NCBI GenBank assembly: GCA_965218795.1
Contig: OZ244653.1
Span: 928,001-992,000, forward strand
From: a bacterium
GTDB lineage: Bacteria; UBA8248; JACPRG01; G963555815
Direction of reading: 5' to 3'
DNA length: 64,000 nt
Shown here in pieces: positions 40,640 through 52,851 of the stretch. Numbering within the stretch: the stretch's first letter is position 1; every line of letters starts with the position of its first letter. Below the pieces are notes generated by a model. That model was given only the letters and a program-made list of their open reading frames with translations, was not told the origin of the DNA and did no database searches. A program made the translations under genes and the position numbers.

Positions 40640-40793
40640 TGGATTCCTGCCTGCGCAGGAATGACGGCCAGGGGCCTGTCCTCGAATGTTTTAGTCGAGA
40701 GCAGAAATGATAGAACAGGACCATGCGGTCCCCCCGTCTTGTCACTCCCGTCTCCGACTAAAGCCTTCGGGGACAGACTGCGGCGGGAATCCA
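40640..40793. repeat. REP-like palindromes (same family as 33453 and 34499)
   Basis: TGGATTCCTGCCTGCGCAGGAATGAC at 40640-40665; composite copy at 40741-40793. Confidence 0.72.
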
Positions 40794-41302
40794 CACCGAA
40801 CGACCCAATTCGGGGTATCGAAACCAGGGCCGAAGGCCCATCGAAACCATCAACCTGATCGTTAACCAAGATGCTTAAGAGGAAACCTTCAAGAGTGAAT
40901 CGCGTCCAAATTCTAATAATCTACATCATCTATATGAATATAACTCATTGTAATTAAATAACTTATAATGTAACAATTTAGGGTAATCTTGTCGGTATGG
41001 AACCAGGAATTTCGAGAGATCGAATGTGATTTCTCAAGGAATTCCCTTCTCCTCATCCATCACGTGCAATCGACCTTTGCGTAGAGACCGTTCGAAGGAA
41101 TCCCGATTTCATTGACTCATCAAGGCAAATCGGGGCATGATTCTGAAGACTTTTCCGGATTTGCCCAAGAACAATGTCTCCAGTTTTGATTCCGTATGTT
41201 TATATCCGCAATAAAGCCAGCCCATATTTTCGCGATTGGGTCGAAATTCAGGGGCGAAGAAATCGACCGCCGCGGACGCCTCTCCTTCAACAGGGGTGTC
41301 AA

Positions 41303-42256
41303 ATGATCCCTTCATACGGATCCCTCCGTAAGGCCATCGAGAAAAAAGACCGCGGGCTGCGGGAAAAGGTCTGCACCCTCACGGAGGCCGTCCGGCTCAT
41401 CCCCGACGGCGCCCACGTTGCCGTCGGCGGTTGCCACTACTCGCGGACTCCCATGGCCCTGCTTTGGGAGATCATTCGGCAAAAACGCAAGAACCTGACG
41501 GTTTCCCGAAGCATTACCAGCACCGAAGGGGACCTCCTCCTTGCAGGGGACGTCACCCGGCACATCCTCACCAGCTGGTTCAGCGCGGGCGTCACATGGG
41601 GCGTGTCCCGCGTCATGCGCGAATACGTCCAGTCCGGGAAGGCCCGATATGAAGAATGGAGTCACCTCAGCATCGGCCTCGGCTACCGGGCGGGCGGCAT
41701 GGGGGTTCCGTTCCTCCCCTCCCGTTCTGTCATGGGAAGCGGCATCGCGGATCGGCTCCCGGGCCTCAAGACGATGAATTGCCCTTATACCGGCGAGCCG
41801 CTGGCCCTCATCCCCGCCCTGAACCCCGATGTCGCCATTATCCACGTTCACCGCGCCGATCCTTACGGCAACGCGCAGATTGACGGGCTTCCCTTCATGG
41901 ACGCCGACATCGCGCTCGCCGCCGAGAGGGTCATCCTTTCCGCGGAACGCATCGTCTCCACCGAACAGATCCGCCGGGAGGCCGACCGGACCCTGATCTC
42001 CTTCTTGTGCGTGGAGGCCGTCGTCGAAACGCCTTACGGAAGCATGCCGCACGAATGCTACGGCCTCTATGAGCCCGCATTCGGTCACATTGACCAGTAC
42101 TGCAAGAGCATCGCCGCCGATGGAACCGCGGCCGCGAAGAAATACATCAGAGAGTGCGCCTACCAGCCCGGCTGTTGGGACGAATTTCTGCAAAGGCTGG
42201 GAACACAGACCCTGGTGGCCGCCTCCAGGGCGGGTGCGGAGGTTCACGGTGCCTGA
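41303..42256 (+). CDS. CoA-transferase subunit A (glutaconate CoA-transferase GctA-like)
   Basis: IPDGAHVAVGG, GVPFLP, CPYTGE, PALNPDVAIIH..RAD.YGN motifs. Confidence 0.87.
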   Translation: MIPSYGSLRKAIEKKDRGLREKVCTLTEAVRLIPDGAHVAVGGCHYSRTPMALLWEIIRQKRKNLTVSRSITSTEGDLLLAGDVTRHILTSWFSAGVTWGVSRVMREYVQSGKARYEEWSHLSIGLGYRAGGMGVPFLPSRSVMGSGIADRLPGLKTMNCPYTGEPLALIPALNPDVAIIHVHRADPYGNAQIDGLPFMDADIALAAERVILSAERIVSTEQIRREADRTLISFLCVEAVVETPYGSMPHECYGLYEPAFGHIDQYCKSIAADGTAAAKKYIRECAYQPGCWDEFLQRLGTQTLVAASRAGAEVHGA

Positions 42257-43025
42257 GCCGAGCGGTTATAACCCTCAGGAAATGATCTGCGTGATGAGCG
42301 CCCGGGCGCTCCGGAACGGCAACGTCGTATTCGGCGGCGCCGGGCTCCCTCTCGTCTCGGCCATCCTGGCCCAGAACACCCATGCGCCCCATCTCACCAT
42401 TCTCTTCGAAGGCGGCGTTATCGGCCCAAGGGTGATACCGGGCAGGCTCCCGCCCTCGACCAATGAAGCCCGCTGCGCCTGGGGGGCCAGCAAGGTGCTC
42501 TCCATCACGGACGTTCTTCTTCTGATGCAGCGGGGCTACGTGGATTACGGGTTCCTCGGAGGGGCGCAGATCGATCAATTCGGAAATCTGAACAGCTCCT
42601 TCATCGGGGATCCCGATGAGCCGAAGGTCCGCCTGCCGGGGACCGGCGGGGCCAATGACATCGCCAGCATGACCAAGGTGATCGTCGCCATGCGGCACGA
42701 GAAACGCCGGTTTGTGGAACGGGTGGATTTCATCACCAGCCCGGGTTTTTTGTCCGGCGGTCGGTCCCGAAAGCAGGCGGGACTTATCTCCGGGGGAGCG
42801 CACCTGGTCGTCACGGACCTGGGGGTGATGGATTTCGATTTGAAGGACGGAAGGATGAGGCTGAAATCGTTGCACCCCGGCGTAGCCGTCAAGACGGTCC
42901 GGGAGAGCACGGGATTCGAGTTGAAGATCCCGGACAGGATCCGCCGCACCAAGCCTCCCACGGCCAAAGAACTGTCCAGGCTTCGCGCATTGGACCCGGA
43001 CGGACGATATACCCGAAGGAATTGA
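42249..43025 (+). CDS. CoA-transferase subunit B (GctB-like)
   Basis: GTG start overlapping subunit A; FEGG catalytic Glu, GAQID.FGNLNS, RLPG.GGAND and VDFITSPG motifs. Confidence 0.87.
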   Translation: MPEPSGYNPQEMICVMSARALRNGNVVFGGAGLPLVSAILAQNTHAPHLTILFEGGVIGPRVIPGRLPPSTNEARCAWGASKVLSITDVLLLMQRGYVDYGFLGGAQIDQFGNLNSSFIGDPDEPKVRLPGTGGANDIASMTKVIVAMRHEKRRFVERVDFITSPGFLSGGRSRKQAGLISGGAHLVVTDLGVMDFDLKDGRMRLKSLHPGVAVKTVRESTGFELKIPDRIRRTKPPTAKELSRLRALDPDGRYTRRN

Positions 43026-43538
43026 TCCAAACCCCGCCTATCTCGGCCATTTCTCCTGCCGCCCCACCCGTTCAAGGCAGATCGCAGGGCCTTAAGCTGA
43101 ACAAGATCAACTCCATGCCCGGCAAACCCTCCTTCGCCGAATTTGTCCTTTCGACCGGATCTTTACTTCATTCCGTCCCAAGCTACCGATACGGAGTAAG
43201 AGCCCAGCGGAGTCGGGAGAGCGGGTTTGAAATTGGAAACAATTGCAGGTGAGTGGGCGTCCCGTTCGAATGTTCGGCCCTTAGCGAAGGGCGGGACGTC
43301 GTCCCGTTATTTTCGGATGGAACGGGCATGCCGACCCGGATTCCTGAATTACGGTCATACGTCTCGGATGAGTCACCTTCCGGGGAGCCGAACCAATGAA
43401 AAACGGTCCCGACCCCTCGCGCGGCTTCCGAACGTCATTATAGGAAACGCGGGGAACAACGCAATGCCGCGGGGTTACCGGTCACCCCCGCAGGCAACAG
43501 GCGGGGAGCCTGCCCCCGCGGTATTAGGCGGAGGCCTA

Positions 43539-43606
43539 TGGATTCCCGCTTCCGCGGGAATGACGGGCCACGTCGGAACCTGTCCCCGAATGATCCTGTC
43601 GGGGGC
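43539..43606. repeat. REP-like palindrome plus CCTGTCCCCGAA-N-TCGGGG module
   Basis: TGGATTCCCGCTTCCGCGGGAATGAC identical to the 34499 copy. Confidence 0.72.
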
Positions 43607-43916
43607 AGAAATGGCAAGCCAAGGGGGGCCAAAGGAAAGGCGGCCGGCGACGCATCGCACACAACGCGCAGCGCTGGACCGCCGGCAGCGACGGTTCGTT
43701 CATCCGTTACCCGTCCACATTCGCATGTCGTTCACTTGCTACCTGCCCGCATCGAAGGATATTCTCCTATGTGGAACGGTTTCTGATCCGTCGTGCGGCT
43801 CCCGGACGTCTGCAAGAAGCATATAGAACAACGCAACGGCGCGGGGGCAGACGGCCGGCAACGAACCGCACACGACGCAGGTAATAGCGCGGCCAAAACG
43901 GGCCGGCTAGTAGCGA

Positions 43917-44282
43917 TCAAGTCTTTCTATACACGCCACGCTCATCATATTTGGCGTCTCCGAGAAGCTCGAAGATACCACCGATGGTAGTGAAGTTGCA
44001 GCTGTCCTCGTTGTCGCAGTCAGCCATGGCCGTTTGGAACCACGAGCGGCTAAACTCACCTGTCTTCGTGAGCTGGTCGAACGCCTTCATCCACTCCGAT
44101 TCATTTATGCCTTTCCCATAGGGACGCACCGGATCACGATGGTTTGGTATCGTGTAGATAAGGGCGTGCGCTCCTCGCCGTCTCCCCCACCCCTTCACCA
44201 TGAAGTCCCCGCGTGCTGCCGGCTTGGGAATTACCGTCCCCGGCGTGGTCTTCTCTTCGATTCTGTCGAGGATATTCTGCAT
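43917..44282 (-). CDS. Hypothetical protein (islet cargo)
   Basis: GGAGG RBS before MQNILDRIEE; 121 aa with globular-looking composition; no recognised family. Confidence 0.55.
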   Translation of the reverse strand: MQNILDRIEEKTTPGTVIPKPAARGDFMVKGWGRRRGAHALIYTIPNHRDPVRPYGKGINESEWMKAFDQLTKTGEFSRSWFQTAMADCDNEDSCNFTTIGGIFELLGDAKYDERGVYRKT

Positions 44283-44615
44283 CCGAAACCTCCAGGTTGT
44301 ATAGGAACGGGCCCTGCCGTGGCCGTTTACGATGGCCATTCATCTAATGGTATCCAATCGTGCTGAGGGCCGATGTGAGACGCCGGTACAGGTGGCCAAT
44401 GCCCGCGCGGGCCTTTCCGTCCGGTCTCGGTCGACTGGCGCGTTCGTCACACGGAATATCCAATGGATCGAGAATGTCTCGGCGCGACACCCGGACCAAA
44501 GGTGTTCCGCATCGACATGCTTGCTGAACAGGGCGTGAACCGCGGAAATTGTAGCGACCCGGGAGCTGCCGACAATAGCGCCGCCAGCGGCTCCTTGCTC
44601 CCGGCCTTGTCCCGA

Positions 44616-45340
44616 TCAAGCGTTCGCCTTGTAGTACTTGCACTCTTTGCGGAGGGGACAGTCGTACAATCCGGATTCGTTGGCCTGCAGGTGGATTTGC
44701 CCAAGAGATACAGGGGCGCGTCAATCATCCATGATTTACCGGGAATCATTATATTCGCGATGCGATGCGCATCATCCGCAGAGATCTCGCCGCCAGCGAA
44801 GACGCGGCCCAGCACTCTCCGGACATGGATGTCCGCTTTGAGTTCGCCGACTCCGGATATCTGTTTCGTGTCATACGGTGCGCCGACGATCATCCGGGAG
44901 ATCTGCGGGCCGACCCGCATCCCAATCAGGCGGTTCATGATCTCGTCCGGGGCCTGGTTCTCCCAGATATTGCGGGCGTCGCCTTGGTAGTGCTCGACGA
45001 TCTCCTTGCCGATTCGCCGGACGCGTTTGTGCCCCGCAGGGAAGCGGTGCAGACTGTAACGGCGCCAGGCGGCATCGGAATCCCACCTGCGAATGGCGAT
45101 GATGTCACCTCAGAGATTGATAGGGTCACCACGTTCGTCTTCCGCGAACCGCTCGGCGTTATCCCACGCCTGCTCCGCCTTCATCTGGAAATCGAGGATG
45201 CAGCCGAGCATGAATTTGTTGGCGGACTTCTTGTCTGCTCGCTTGACATTAAGGTCGGACAGCCACGGCCAGGAGAGGTCTCCCGGTCGCCGGTGGTCAA
45301 GAAGCAATTTGCGAACGCGTTGATGTTTATTGCGGCTCAT
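44616..45340 (-). pseudogene. HhH-GPD/endonuclease III-like protein with [4Fe-4S] loop, disrupted
   Basis: In-frame TGA at 45110-45112; HhH-like VGPQISRM and D.HVRRV motifs; frameshift near 44662 splits C-X6-C-X2-C-X5-C. Confidence 0.7.
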
Positions 45341-45600
45341 GGGCGTACTCCTCGGTGGCCTGAGCAGGATTCATCGCCTTCACAATGATACTCCCGATCT
45401 TTTCGGCGGCCTCGACGAGGTGGCCGTCGGAGACGTGCGCGTAGCGGACGGTGGTCCGATGCCGCCGATGCCCGAGCAGGCGGTCGACCAGGGGCAGGTT
45501 CTCGCCCGACATGACGGCATGGCTGGCATAGGTTAGGTGTGGCGAAGATCGTGAATCCGCAACGCGCCGGAGTCCGGCATCCTCTCACACAGCGCACCAG
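45327..45600 (-). pseudogene. Tyrosine recombinase/phage integrase C-terminal remnant
   Basis: RIHDLRHT (frameshifted), ASHAVMSGENL, LLGH and TT.RYAH catalytic boxes; N-terminal part absent. Confidence 0.75.
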
Positions 45601-45653
45601 TACGTCGTGAGGGTGTATGCGCGCCATTGCGAGCATACCTTGGGCCGAAGCCC

Positions 45654-46681
<1,028 letters not shown>

Positions 46682-46682
46682 C

Positions 46683-47801
46683 TCAATCCGTCTCCAATGA
46701 TGCGGCGATTCGCTCGCTGATCGCCCGTGTCCCGAGAACTTCCTGACCCTCCGAGGCAATATCGACCGTCCGGACGCCGGATTCCAGCACGGCCGCCACG
46801 GCCGATTCAACGGCGCGGCCCGCGGCCTTCTCGCCCAGACCATACTCCAACATCATGCCCGCGGAAAGGATCATCGCAATCGGGTTGGCCATATCCTGAC
46901 CCGCGATCTCCGGAGCCGTGCCGTGCACCGGCTCGAACAGGCCCAGCGGACCTCTTCCAGCGGGTCCGCCTTTCGACGGATCCCCCAGGCTGGCTGAAGG
47001 GAGCATTCCGATGGAACCCGTCAGCATGGCCGCTTCGTCGCTCAGAATATCCCCGAACAGGTTCCCCGTCACAATCACGTCAAACTGCTTGGGCCAGCGC
47101 ACAAGCTGCATCGCGCAGTTGTCCACCAGCATGTGCTCCAATTCGACATCGGGGTAGTCCGGGGCGACCTGATCGACGACCTCCCGCCAGAGGCGGCTGA
47201 CTGCAAGCACGTTGAACTTGTCCACGGAGGTCAGCTTTTTTCTCCGGCTGCGGGCCAAATCGAACCCCAGCCGCGTGATCCGCTCAATCTCAGGGGTGGA
47301 GTAGATCATCGTATTCGTGCCGACCTTCATATTTCCGTCTTCGGAAACTCCCTGCGGCCGGCCGAAATAGATACCGCCTGTCAGCTCCCGCAACACGAGA
47401 AGATCCAGATCGGCTACAACTTCCCGCCGGAGCGTGGACGCCTCCGCCAGCGCGCCATGGAGGCGGGCCGGCCGCAGATTGGCGAACAGCTCCAGCTCCT
47501 TCCTCAGCGGGAGAAGCGCCCCTCTTTCCGGACGCTGTTCCGGGGGGAGCGAATCCCACTTCGGTCCTCCCACGGCTCCAAGCAATATGGCGTCCGATTT
47601 CTTGCATAATTCCAAAGTTTCGGACGGCAGGGGGTGACCGGTCGCGTCGATGGCGCATCCGCCGAGAAGAGATTCATCGAGCGCAAGGGTCAGGCCGAAT
47701 CTTTTTTCAACCGCTTCCAGAACGATACGGGCCCCCGCCATGACCTCAGGGCCGATCCCGTCTCCGGGAAGCAGAGCGACCTTCAAGGTTTCAGTCATCA
47801 A
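46683..47801 (-). CDS. leuB: 3-isopropylmalate dehydrogenase
   Basis: [40 protein letters not shown] and EPVHG.AP motifs. Confidence 0.95.
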   Translation of the reverse strand: MMTETLKVALLPGDGIGPEVMAGARIVLEAVEKRFGLTLALDESLLGGCAIDATGHPLPSETLELCKKSDAILLGAVGGPKWDSLPPEQRPERGALLPLRKELELFANLRPARLHGALAEASTLRREVVADLDLLVLRELTGGIYFGRPQGVSEDGNMKVGTNTMIYSTPEIERITRLGFDLARSRRKKLTSVDKFNVLAVSRLWREVVDQVAPDYPDVELEHMLVDNCAMQLVRWPKQFDVIVTGNLFGDILSDEAAMLTGSIGMLPSASLGDPSKGGPAGRGPLGLFEPVHGTAPEIAGQDMANPIAMILSAGMMLEYGLGEKAAGRAVESAVAAVLESGVRTVDIASEGQEVLGTRAISERIAASLETD

Positions 47802-47926
47802 TTTCCGCTTCCATTCGGGAAAAAGTAAAATGAGCGGACCATCTCCTGCTCATTCCGCCGCCTGCGCAAAAACCGCAATATAGGCAAGAATCGGCCGGCT
47901 TTCAAGGCGAAGAAAATCCGCTCGAC

Positions 47927-49690
47927 TCATGGGCCGGCCGCCCCTTTCCCATCCTCCTCCGGTCCAACCCGGTAGAGGACGGTTCCCCCCGTCGATTCGG
48001 GAAGCCGCTCAAAGAGCCGATCGAGCAGCCCTTCCACTGCTCTCAATTTTTTCTTTCCTCTGACGCTATCGGGCTTGACCCAGAACAGGGCGTTCCGGTG
48101 GAGGATGACGTACCTGATTCCCGCCTGGGAAACGCCCTGCGTCTCCGGATCCGGCGCATCGACAATTCGCTCGGGCCGGGTCAGCAGGCGCATGAAGGGG
48201 TCGTTTCGAATGAATCGAAGGGCGGCGCGATTGAGATGCGACACGGTTCCCGAGGTGATGGGACGGCCGTGAAAGGTTTGAGCGAACATGTAGGAGTTCC
48301 CCGCCAAGTATCCCCGCACCGGCACTTCGAGAACCCCGAACCTTCCCTCATCCTGAGCGATGGTCTTGTACGGAGGCGCGGCGTGCGACTCCCACACGGA
48401 CACCACGGGCAGCGGTGCCGACCAGTATTCGAACAGGATCAGGCAACCGGCGAGGGCCGCCGCCCCCCATCGGGCCGCCCCGTTTCGATGTTTAAGCAAA
48501 ACGGACAGGCCGAATCCTGCGAGAACGCCGAGACAAACCGTCGCGACGGACACGAATCGCCCCGGATTCCGGGCCGCATTCAAGAGTGGGAATTTCTGCA
48601 CAAACCAATTGTAAGGGAGGCGGGTGAACCCCAACCACTCTTCTCCCCCGACCTGCAGATCCGGGCCCAGCGCCAATAGGCAAAAGGCCATGAAAGCGGC
48701 CGCCCAAAACATCGCACCCCCGCTCCGCGCACGGACGGCTCCGATCACCGCCAAGAGCAGGGCGACATAGCCGAGGAAAACGGTCCCTTCCTCCCGGCTG
48801 GCGGAGAAGGCGGCGTAGACGGATTGGAGAGAGCTCCAGCCCCGCGTCCATGGATGAAAGGGAGAAGGCAGAAAGAAAGCCAGCAGGTCCGCGGACGTCC
48901 CCCGGGCTCCGTCGCTCAGCCTTTCGAACTCTCCGCCGATGAAGCCTTGGATCATAGGAACGACAACAGGCGACAGCAGGATGGCAGCGGTGACCCCCGC
49001 GATGATCAGGGATCGGATCTGCGGCGATTTCCTCGTCTGACGATTCTTATCGAAGAAAAACCAGATCCAGAAGAACAGGGTGAAATAGAAGGCGAACAAC
49101 CCGTAGTGGTAGGAGCAGAGGAAAAGCAGACTGAAGATCACCCCGGTCGAGATCCCCCTCGCGGCGCCGGGCCGGTCCCGCAAGGCAACCAGCGAGAGGA
49201 TGTAGAGGGGCATGAATTGCAGGGAGATGAGATTCAGGTGCTGCACATGGGCGAAATGATAAGGCGAGAAGGCGGTAATCAGGCCTCCAACGAAGCTTGA
49301 AACGGGATCATTCGTAACCCGTAAAATCAGCCGGAAGGTCCAATAGCCGGTCAGGGCGAATGCGGAAAGAAAGGCAAGGTTGAAGGTTCCCGTTATTCCC
49401 ATCCACCATTGAAACGGGATTCCCAGGATTAATGTGTTGTACAGCGATAGGGTGTGGAATACGAGGCTCGCCCCTTCCGGGTGAAAAAGCATTTTTGTAA
49501 ATAACGGATGGGTCCCTTCTTCGAAGATCGCTCGTTGGACCCACCAGAAGTTCCAATAGAACTGAAAATCGTCCTGCCCGTACCCCGGAATGGTCGAGAA
49601 AAAGCCCCAGGCCGCCGGGTACGTCGCAACAACAGTGATTGCACCGTAGCCCAGAAGAACGGCGAAACCACGGGCCGGACTCTTTTTCAA
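47927..49690 (-). CDS. Polytopic membrane protein, YfhO/GT-C glycosyltransferase-like (start uncertain)
   Basis: D..Q.YWN.WW, FHP.G.SL..HT, FSPYHF.H, SADLL.F, R.P.RF and Q..HGRPI..G motifs. Confidence 0.65.
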   Translation of the reverse strand: MKKSPARGFAVLLGYGAITVVATYPAAWGFFSTIPGYGQDDFQFYWNFWWVQRAIFEEGTHPLFTKMLFHPEGASLVFHTLSLYNTLILGIPFQWWMGITGTFNLAFLSAFALTGYWTFRLILRVTNDPVSSFVGGLITAFSPYHFAHVQHLNLISLQFMPLYILSLVALRDRPGAARGISTGVIFSLLFLCSYHYGLFAFYFTLFFWIWFFFDKNRQTRKSPQIRSLIIAGVTAAILLSPVVVPMIQGFIGGEFERLSDGARGTSADLLAFFLPSPFHPWTRGWSSLQSVYAAFSASREEGTVFLGYVALLLAVIGAVRARSGGAMFWAAAFMAFCLLALGPDLQVGGEEWLGFTRLPYNWFVQKFPLLNAARNPGRFVSVATVCLGVLAGFGLSVLLKHRNGAARWGAAALAGCLILFEYWSAPLPVVSVWESHAAPPYKTIAQDEGRFGVLEVPVRGYLAGNSYMFAQTFHGRPITSGTVSHLNRAALRFIRNDPFMRLLTRPERIVDAPDPETQGVSQAGIRYVILHRNALFWVKPDSVRGKKKLRAVEGLLDRLFERLPESTGGTVLYRVGPEEDGKGAAGP

Positions 49691-49948
49691 ACCCCAATGT
49701 CCTTCGCCTGAATGGATCGTTTTGCCGGGATGAGGGGCGCCATGTCGGGGAATGGCCGGACACAAAAAGCCCGAGCGTCCGGGATTTCTGCAAGTTCGCC
49801 CGGGTCCATCGATCCGTCTCAGGGCCGCCGCATCAAAGCCCGGCAGCCCGCCATCACTTTTCGTCATTCCGGTTTGTGACTGTTCAGTCTGTGACTGTTC
49901 GGTTTGCGGCCCTTTGGGCAGAGGACATGATCTTCCCGGTCTTCTCCC

Positions 49949-51379
49949 TCACTCCTCGCGGCCTCCGGCTTTGACCTCGGCGGGCGTCAGGTAATCGTCG
50001 ATATCGATTTCCTCGGCTCCCGGTACAATGAGCCGGTCGGGATATTCGTAGGGCAGGCCCATCGGGATCGTCGCGTCGATCCCCATTTTGGTCACCATGC
50101 CGTCCCGGGCCAGCCGCGTAATCGTGTAAGTTGTCGGATCCAGACGATTGCCGCGCGCGCCCGGGACCATCACAATATCCCGGTCGGCCACGACCCTGGT
50201 CGCAATGGCCCAGTTCACGTCGCTCTCGTTCTGGATATCGATATCCGGATCGACTACAACGACAAACTTCAAATAAGGACTCATGGACAGGGCGGCCAGG
50301 ATAACGTTCTTGGCATCCCCCTCGTTCACCTTTTCCAGAGCGACGTACGCCACGTACCGGACACCGGAATTCGGCAACGACACTCCGCGCACGGTCGGCA
50401 CAACCTTTTTCAATTCGGAGAGCAGGAACCCCTCGCTGAGCGGCGTCTGGATGTACAGGTGCTCGATGACGATCCCCACGTTCTGGTACAAGGCGTCACG
50501 CCGACGGGTGATGGCCGTGACCTTGATTTCCGGCGCATCCACGATCTGCCCGTAATACTGATGGAACTCCCCGAAGGGGCCTTCGGTCTGTCTGACCTTT
50601 GGAAGGAGCTCGCCTTCGATTACGATCTCCGCATCCGCAGGCACTTCCAGGGGAACGGTCTTGCAAGGAACCAGCTCCAGCGGCTCTCCCAGCAAGCCCC
50701 CGACGATTGCGTATTCATCTTCGCCCATCGTGTCCGTGAGGGGGCTGACGGCGCCGATGTGCAGGGATGGGTGGGCTCCCAGGACAATCGCAACCGGCAA
50801 GGCCTGGCCTTTGTCTTCGCAATGCTTATGGGCGTATTGAAGGTGTTTCCCCCAGCTGTAATAGATGCCGAGGCGATCCGGCCCCAGGAACTTGTGGCGA
50901 AAGATCCCCAGGTCGCGGTGGCCCGTCTCCGGATCAACGGATACGGTTACGCCAATGGTGATATAGGGCGCGTCATCCTGTTCGCTGTGCGTGATGATGG
51001 GCAGTTTCGTGAGATCGACTTCATCTCCAGTCCACACGATCTCCTGGACCGGGGCCGCCTCGGCTTTCTTTCCTTCGAGAACGACAGGCGGAATCTTTTC
51101 GCCCATGCGTTCCGCGATGGCCTCAGAGAGTCCCGGCTCCGGCAGGTTCAGGGCGAGGGCATACTTCCTTCGATCGGCCAGAACGTTGGTGACCACCGGC
51201 ATCTCGAACCCGCGGACGTTCTCGAACAGGACCGCGTTATATCGCCCGAGCAGGTCCAGTTTTCGCACGAAGGCCGAAATTTCGTAGACGGGTGATACTT
51301 CCCGCTCGATTCGCAACAAATCGCCGGGACAGCATGCTTCCAACTCGGCCAGAAACGATCTGAGATTCTGCGCCATCAT
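49949..51379 (-). CDS. UbiD family decarboxylase (third paralogue, catalytic motifs intact)
   Basis: DDAPYIT, GIFRH, KH, EGPFGEF and GIDAT motifs. Confidence 0.9.
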   Translation of the reverse strand: MMAQNLRSFLAELEACCPGDLLRIEREVSPVYEISAFVRKLDLLGRYNAVLFENVRGFEMPVVTNVLADRRKYALALNLPEPGLSEAIAERMGEKIPPVVLEGKKAEAAPVQEIVWTGDEVDLTKLPIITHSEQDDAPYITIGVTVSVDPETGHRDLGIFRHKFLGPDRLGIYYSWGKHLQYAHKHCEDKGQALPVAIVLGAHPSLHIGAVSPLTDTMGEDEYAIVGGLLGEPLELVPCKTVPLEVPADAEIVIEGELLPKVRQTEGPFGEFHQYYGQIVDAPEIKVTAITRRRDALYQNVGIVIEHLYIQTPLSEGFLLSELKKVVPTVRGVSLPNSGVRYVAYVALEKVNEGDAKNVILAALSMSPYLKFVVVVDPDIDIQNESDVNWAIATRVVADRDIVMVPGARGNRLDPTTYTITRLARDGMVTKMGIDATIPMGLPYEYPDRLIVPGAEEIDIDDYLTPAEVKAGGREE

Positions 51380-51430
51380 TCAATCCTTTCTCACTGTCCG
51401 GCCTTCCTTTGCTCTTGGAGGACGGAGCCG

Positions 51431-52828
51431 TCAATCGAGGCTGTCCGTCCACTCTTCCAGGTATTCGTCCAACTTGACGTTTTCAGTTCCCGGGATCTTC
51501 GTCGGTTCGGGGATTGGATACGGCAATCCAATGGGTGTCGTGGCGTCGATGCCCAGACGGGTCACCATCCCTCCTCGCCCGCGCCGGGTGATCTCATACG
51601 AGGTTGGGTCCTCCGGGTCGCCGATCACGCCGGGAACCATGAAGAGGTCTCGATCCGCCACCACCCGCGTGGCCATCACCCACATGACCTCCCGGTCGAC
51701 TTCCAACGCGATGTCCCGGTCCACAGCGAAGACCGTCTTCACCTCCGGGATGCCGCCGAGCGCGGCAAGAATGGCCTTCTTCCCCTCCCCCATCTTTTTC
51801 TGGTCCACCTGGACGTAGGCATGATACCCGTTGGTGATCGCCGGGATCCGGACGTCGATGACCGCGGGGACGGCCGCCTTCACCGCCCTCAAGGCCTCCG
51901 CCTCGCGAATCGGCGTCGGGAGAAACCTTCGCTCGCCGAAAATCCCGGCCGCCTGGAAGATCGCGTCCTTCCGGCGCGTGAGGGCCGTCACCTCCAGCAC
52001 CGGGACCGTCCTCTCCGAACCCTCATATCCGATGGGGGAAGCCGGGGCGGTCAATGTCCGCGTCCTTTCCGGAGATACCGCGCCTTCGATGACGATTTCA
52101 GCGTGAGCCGGGACGGGGAGGTCGCCCGTGACCGTTCGGGTGACGGGACAGGACTCTCCCATCAGCGATCCGATGCGTCCCAAGGATTCGGACCCGTCCG
52201 CCCCCGAGGCGGCGCACAGATAGAATGACGGGTGCATGCCGATCACAAGGGCCACTTCCAGAACCTCTCCTTGATCGCCCGCGGCTTGGAGGCAAGCGGC
52301 CAATGAAGAATCTTCGGCGGCGAGGATCCCCACATGCCGGCCGTCAAGCCGGACGATCCGGGGGAGACTCACCGTCACCGCGCCCGATTGCGGATTTCGG
52401 GCGACAGCAGCGCCCATGAGAAGACTCGGCGCGGAGTCTGATTCGGCATGGGTCAGGATTGGCAGGTCTGCAAGATCGACCTCATCCCCCGTGCGCTTCA
52501 CTTCATGAACGGGTCCGGTCTGCACCTGAACGGGGGGAAGGATCCGGTCCAGCCTGTCCCTCAGGATCTTCCCGTAATCCCTGGATTCCGAAGTGAGGCC
52601 CAATGCGAGACATACCCTGTCGCGATTCGTTATGACGTTTCCGACGACGGGAATGGAGCTTCCCTCGACGAACGGGAAGTGAACGGCTGCGCCCTTCTTC
52701 TCCCTTCTCGTCTTCTCGAGGATCGCGGAAATCCCGTGCTTTGGAGAGACCGCCTTGTCGACCTGAAGGAAGGCCTCGGGCAACTCCGCCTGGAGCGTGC
52801 TCAGATAGGTTCTAAGAGATTGGGGCAT
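51431..52828 (-). CDS. UbiD-like protein lacking the EGPFGE catalytic motif (second paralogue)
   Basis: UbiD fold motifs AEIVIEG, ATRVVADRD and GIDAT present; EGPFGE replaced by LTAPASP. Confidence 0.82.
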   Translation of the reverse strand: MPQSLRTYLSTLQAELPEAFLQVDKAVSPKHGISAILEKTRREKKGAAVHFPFVEGSSIPVVGNVITNRDRVCLALGLTSESRDYGKILRDRLDRILPPVQVQTGPVHEVKRTGDEVDLADLPILTHAESDSAPSLLMGAAVARNPQSGAVTVSLPRIVRLDGRHVGILAAEDSSLAACLQAAGDQGEVLEVALVIGMHPSFYLCAASGADGSESLGRIGSLMGESCPVTRTVTGDLPVPAHAEIVIEGAVSPERTRTLTAPASPIGYEGSERTVPVLEVTALTRRKDAIFQAAGIFGERRFLPTPIREAEALRAVKAAVPAVIDVRIPAITNGYHAYVQVDQKKMGEGKKAILAALGGIPEVKTVFAVDRDIALEVDREVMWVMATRVVADRDLFMVPGVIGDPEDPTSYEITRRGRGGMVTRLGIDATTPIGLPYPIPEPTKIPGTENVKLDEYLEEWTDSLD

Positions 52829-52851
52829 CGGGACATACCGTTCACACGGAT

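Noticed and set aside
45110-45112. In-frame TGA as possible selenocysteine or readthrough
   Set aside because: The position fits Trp (TGG to TGA) and the same gene has a frameshift, so decay is simpler.
49871-49906. Imperfect 15-bp tandem repeat (TGTGACTGTTC core) downstream of the UbiD triplet
   Set aside because: Only two copies; could be an operator but there is no supporting evidence.
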